Assembly: GCF_006345805.1 (NCBI RefSeq) | Contig: NW_021828532.1 | Location: 1-7,945, forward strand | Direction of reading: 5' to 3' | DNA: 7,945 nucleotides | DNA from: Octopus sinensis | Lineage: Eukaryota | Part shown: one piece after another, positions 7,480 to 7,945 of the stretch | Layout: every line of letters begins with the position of its first letter | How positions within the stretch are numbered: the first letter of the stretch is position 1 | Notes under the pieces: generated by a model | Database searches by the model: none | Seen by the model: only the letters and a program-made list of their open reading frames with translations | Told to the model about the DNA's origin: nothing | Position numbers and translations under genes: made by a program

Positions 7480-7577
7480 AAGAAGAAGAAGAAGAAGAAG
7501 AACAAGAACAAGAAGAACAAGAACAAGAACAAGAACAAGAACAAGAAGAACAACAACAACAACAAGACAGAAGAAGA

Positions 7578-7623
<46 letters not shown>
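7339..7623. repeat. Chain of (TAA)n-(GAA)n-(GAACAA)n-(CAA)n-(ATT)n microsatellites
   Basis: Direct inspection. Confidence 0.95.
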
Positions 7624-7625
<2 letters not shown>

Positions 7626-7649
7626 TCTGAATTCAGTTGTGTAAAAAAA

Positions 7650-7945
7650 AAATAGCCAGGCTTGTCCATTGGACACTTTGCAACAAGTATGGAGTTGACC
7701 GAGCAAAAAATTCGTACGACTATGAGACAGAGAATAGGAAGACAGACATAGTCTTAATTGAGAAAGAAAACAAACAATGCTGGATCATAGACATAGCATG
7801 CCCAGCTGACAACAAGGTATGCGATAAGGAAGAAAGAAAAGTCGAGAGATATAACAGGTTAGCTTGGGAGGTTAAGCAGTTGTGGTCACTGAAAAAAGTG
7901 GTAGAAGCCTAGGGAACAATGAGAAAAAATCTCGAGAAGTACGTG
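7650..7945 (+). pseudogene. Degenerate C-terminal restriction-like endonuclease (RLE) fragment of an R4/Dong-type non-LTR retrotransposon; continues off the window
   Basis: Translation ARLVHWTLCNKYG...ENRKTDIVLIEKENKQCWIIDIACPADNKVCDKEERKVERYNRLAWEVKQLW...EA*GTMRKNLEKYV fits the family pattern HWxLCxKYG / RxPDIV / IIDxAxPxD / KxxKY / GALG. The PD proline is lost, there is an in-frame TAG at 7910-7912, and there are two internal deletions. Confidence 0.85.

Noticed and set aside
7339-7623. (AAT)n and (ATT)n tracts could base-pair as a fold-back
   Set aside because: Trivial consequence of common microsatellites in opposite orientation.

Overview
Eukaryotic non-coding (intronic or intergenic) window, very probably from an octopus genome. 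That assignment rests on recognising the repeat families, not on a search. It is dominated by microsatellites and interspersed retroelement debris, and no host protein-coding exon can be supported: nearly all long ORFs are microsatellite artefacts. It holds (i) tRNA-derived SINEs of two families (OR1-like and CORE-containing OR2-like); (ii) a degenerate C-terminal restriction-like endonuclease fragment of an R4/Dong-type non-LTR retrotransposon running off the right end; (iii) a 456-bp tandem duplication; and (iv) the most interesting part, two families of short repeats carrying minimal type I hammerhead ribozyme folds of the Penelope-pLTR/retrozyme kind. These have an ACGU palindromic, loop-less stem III and an extra A after A9. 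One family has a non-canonical CUGUAGA core in two independently diverged copies, and one of those copies ends at the predicted self-cleavage site. A long hairpin at 457-548 partly resembles a decayed HDV-like ribozyme.
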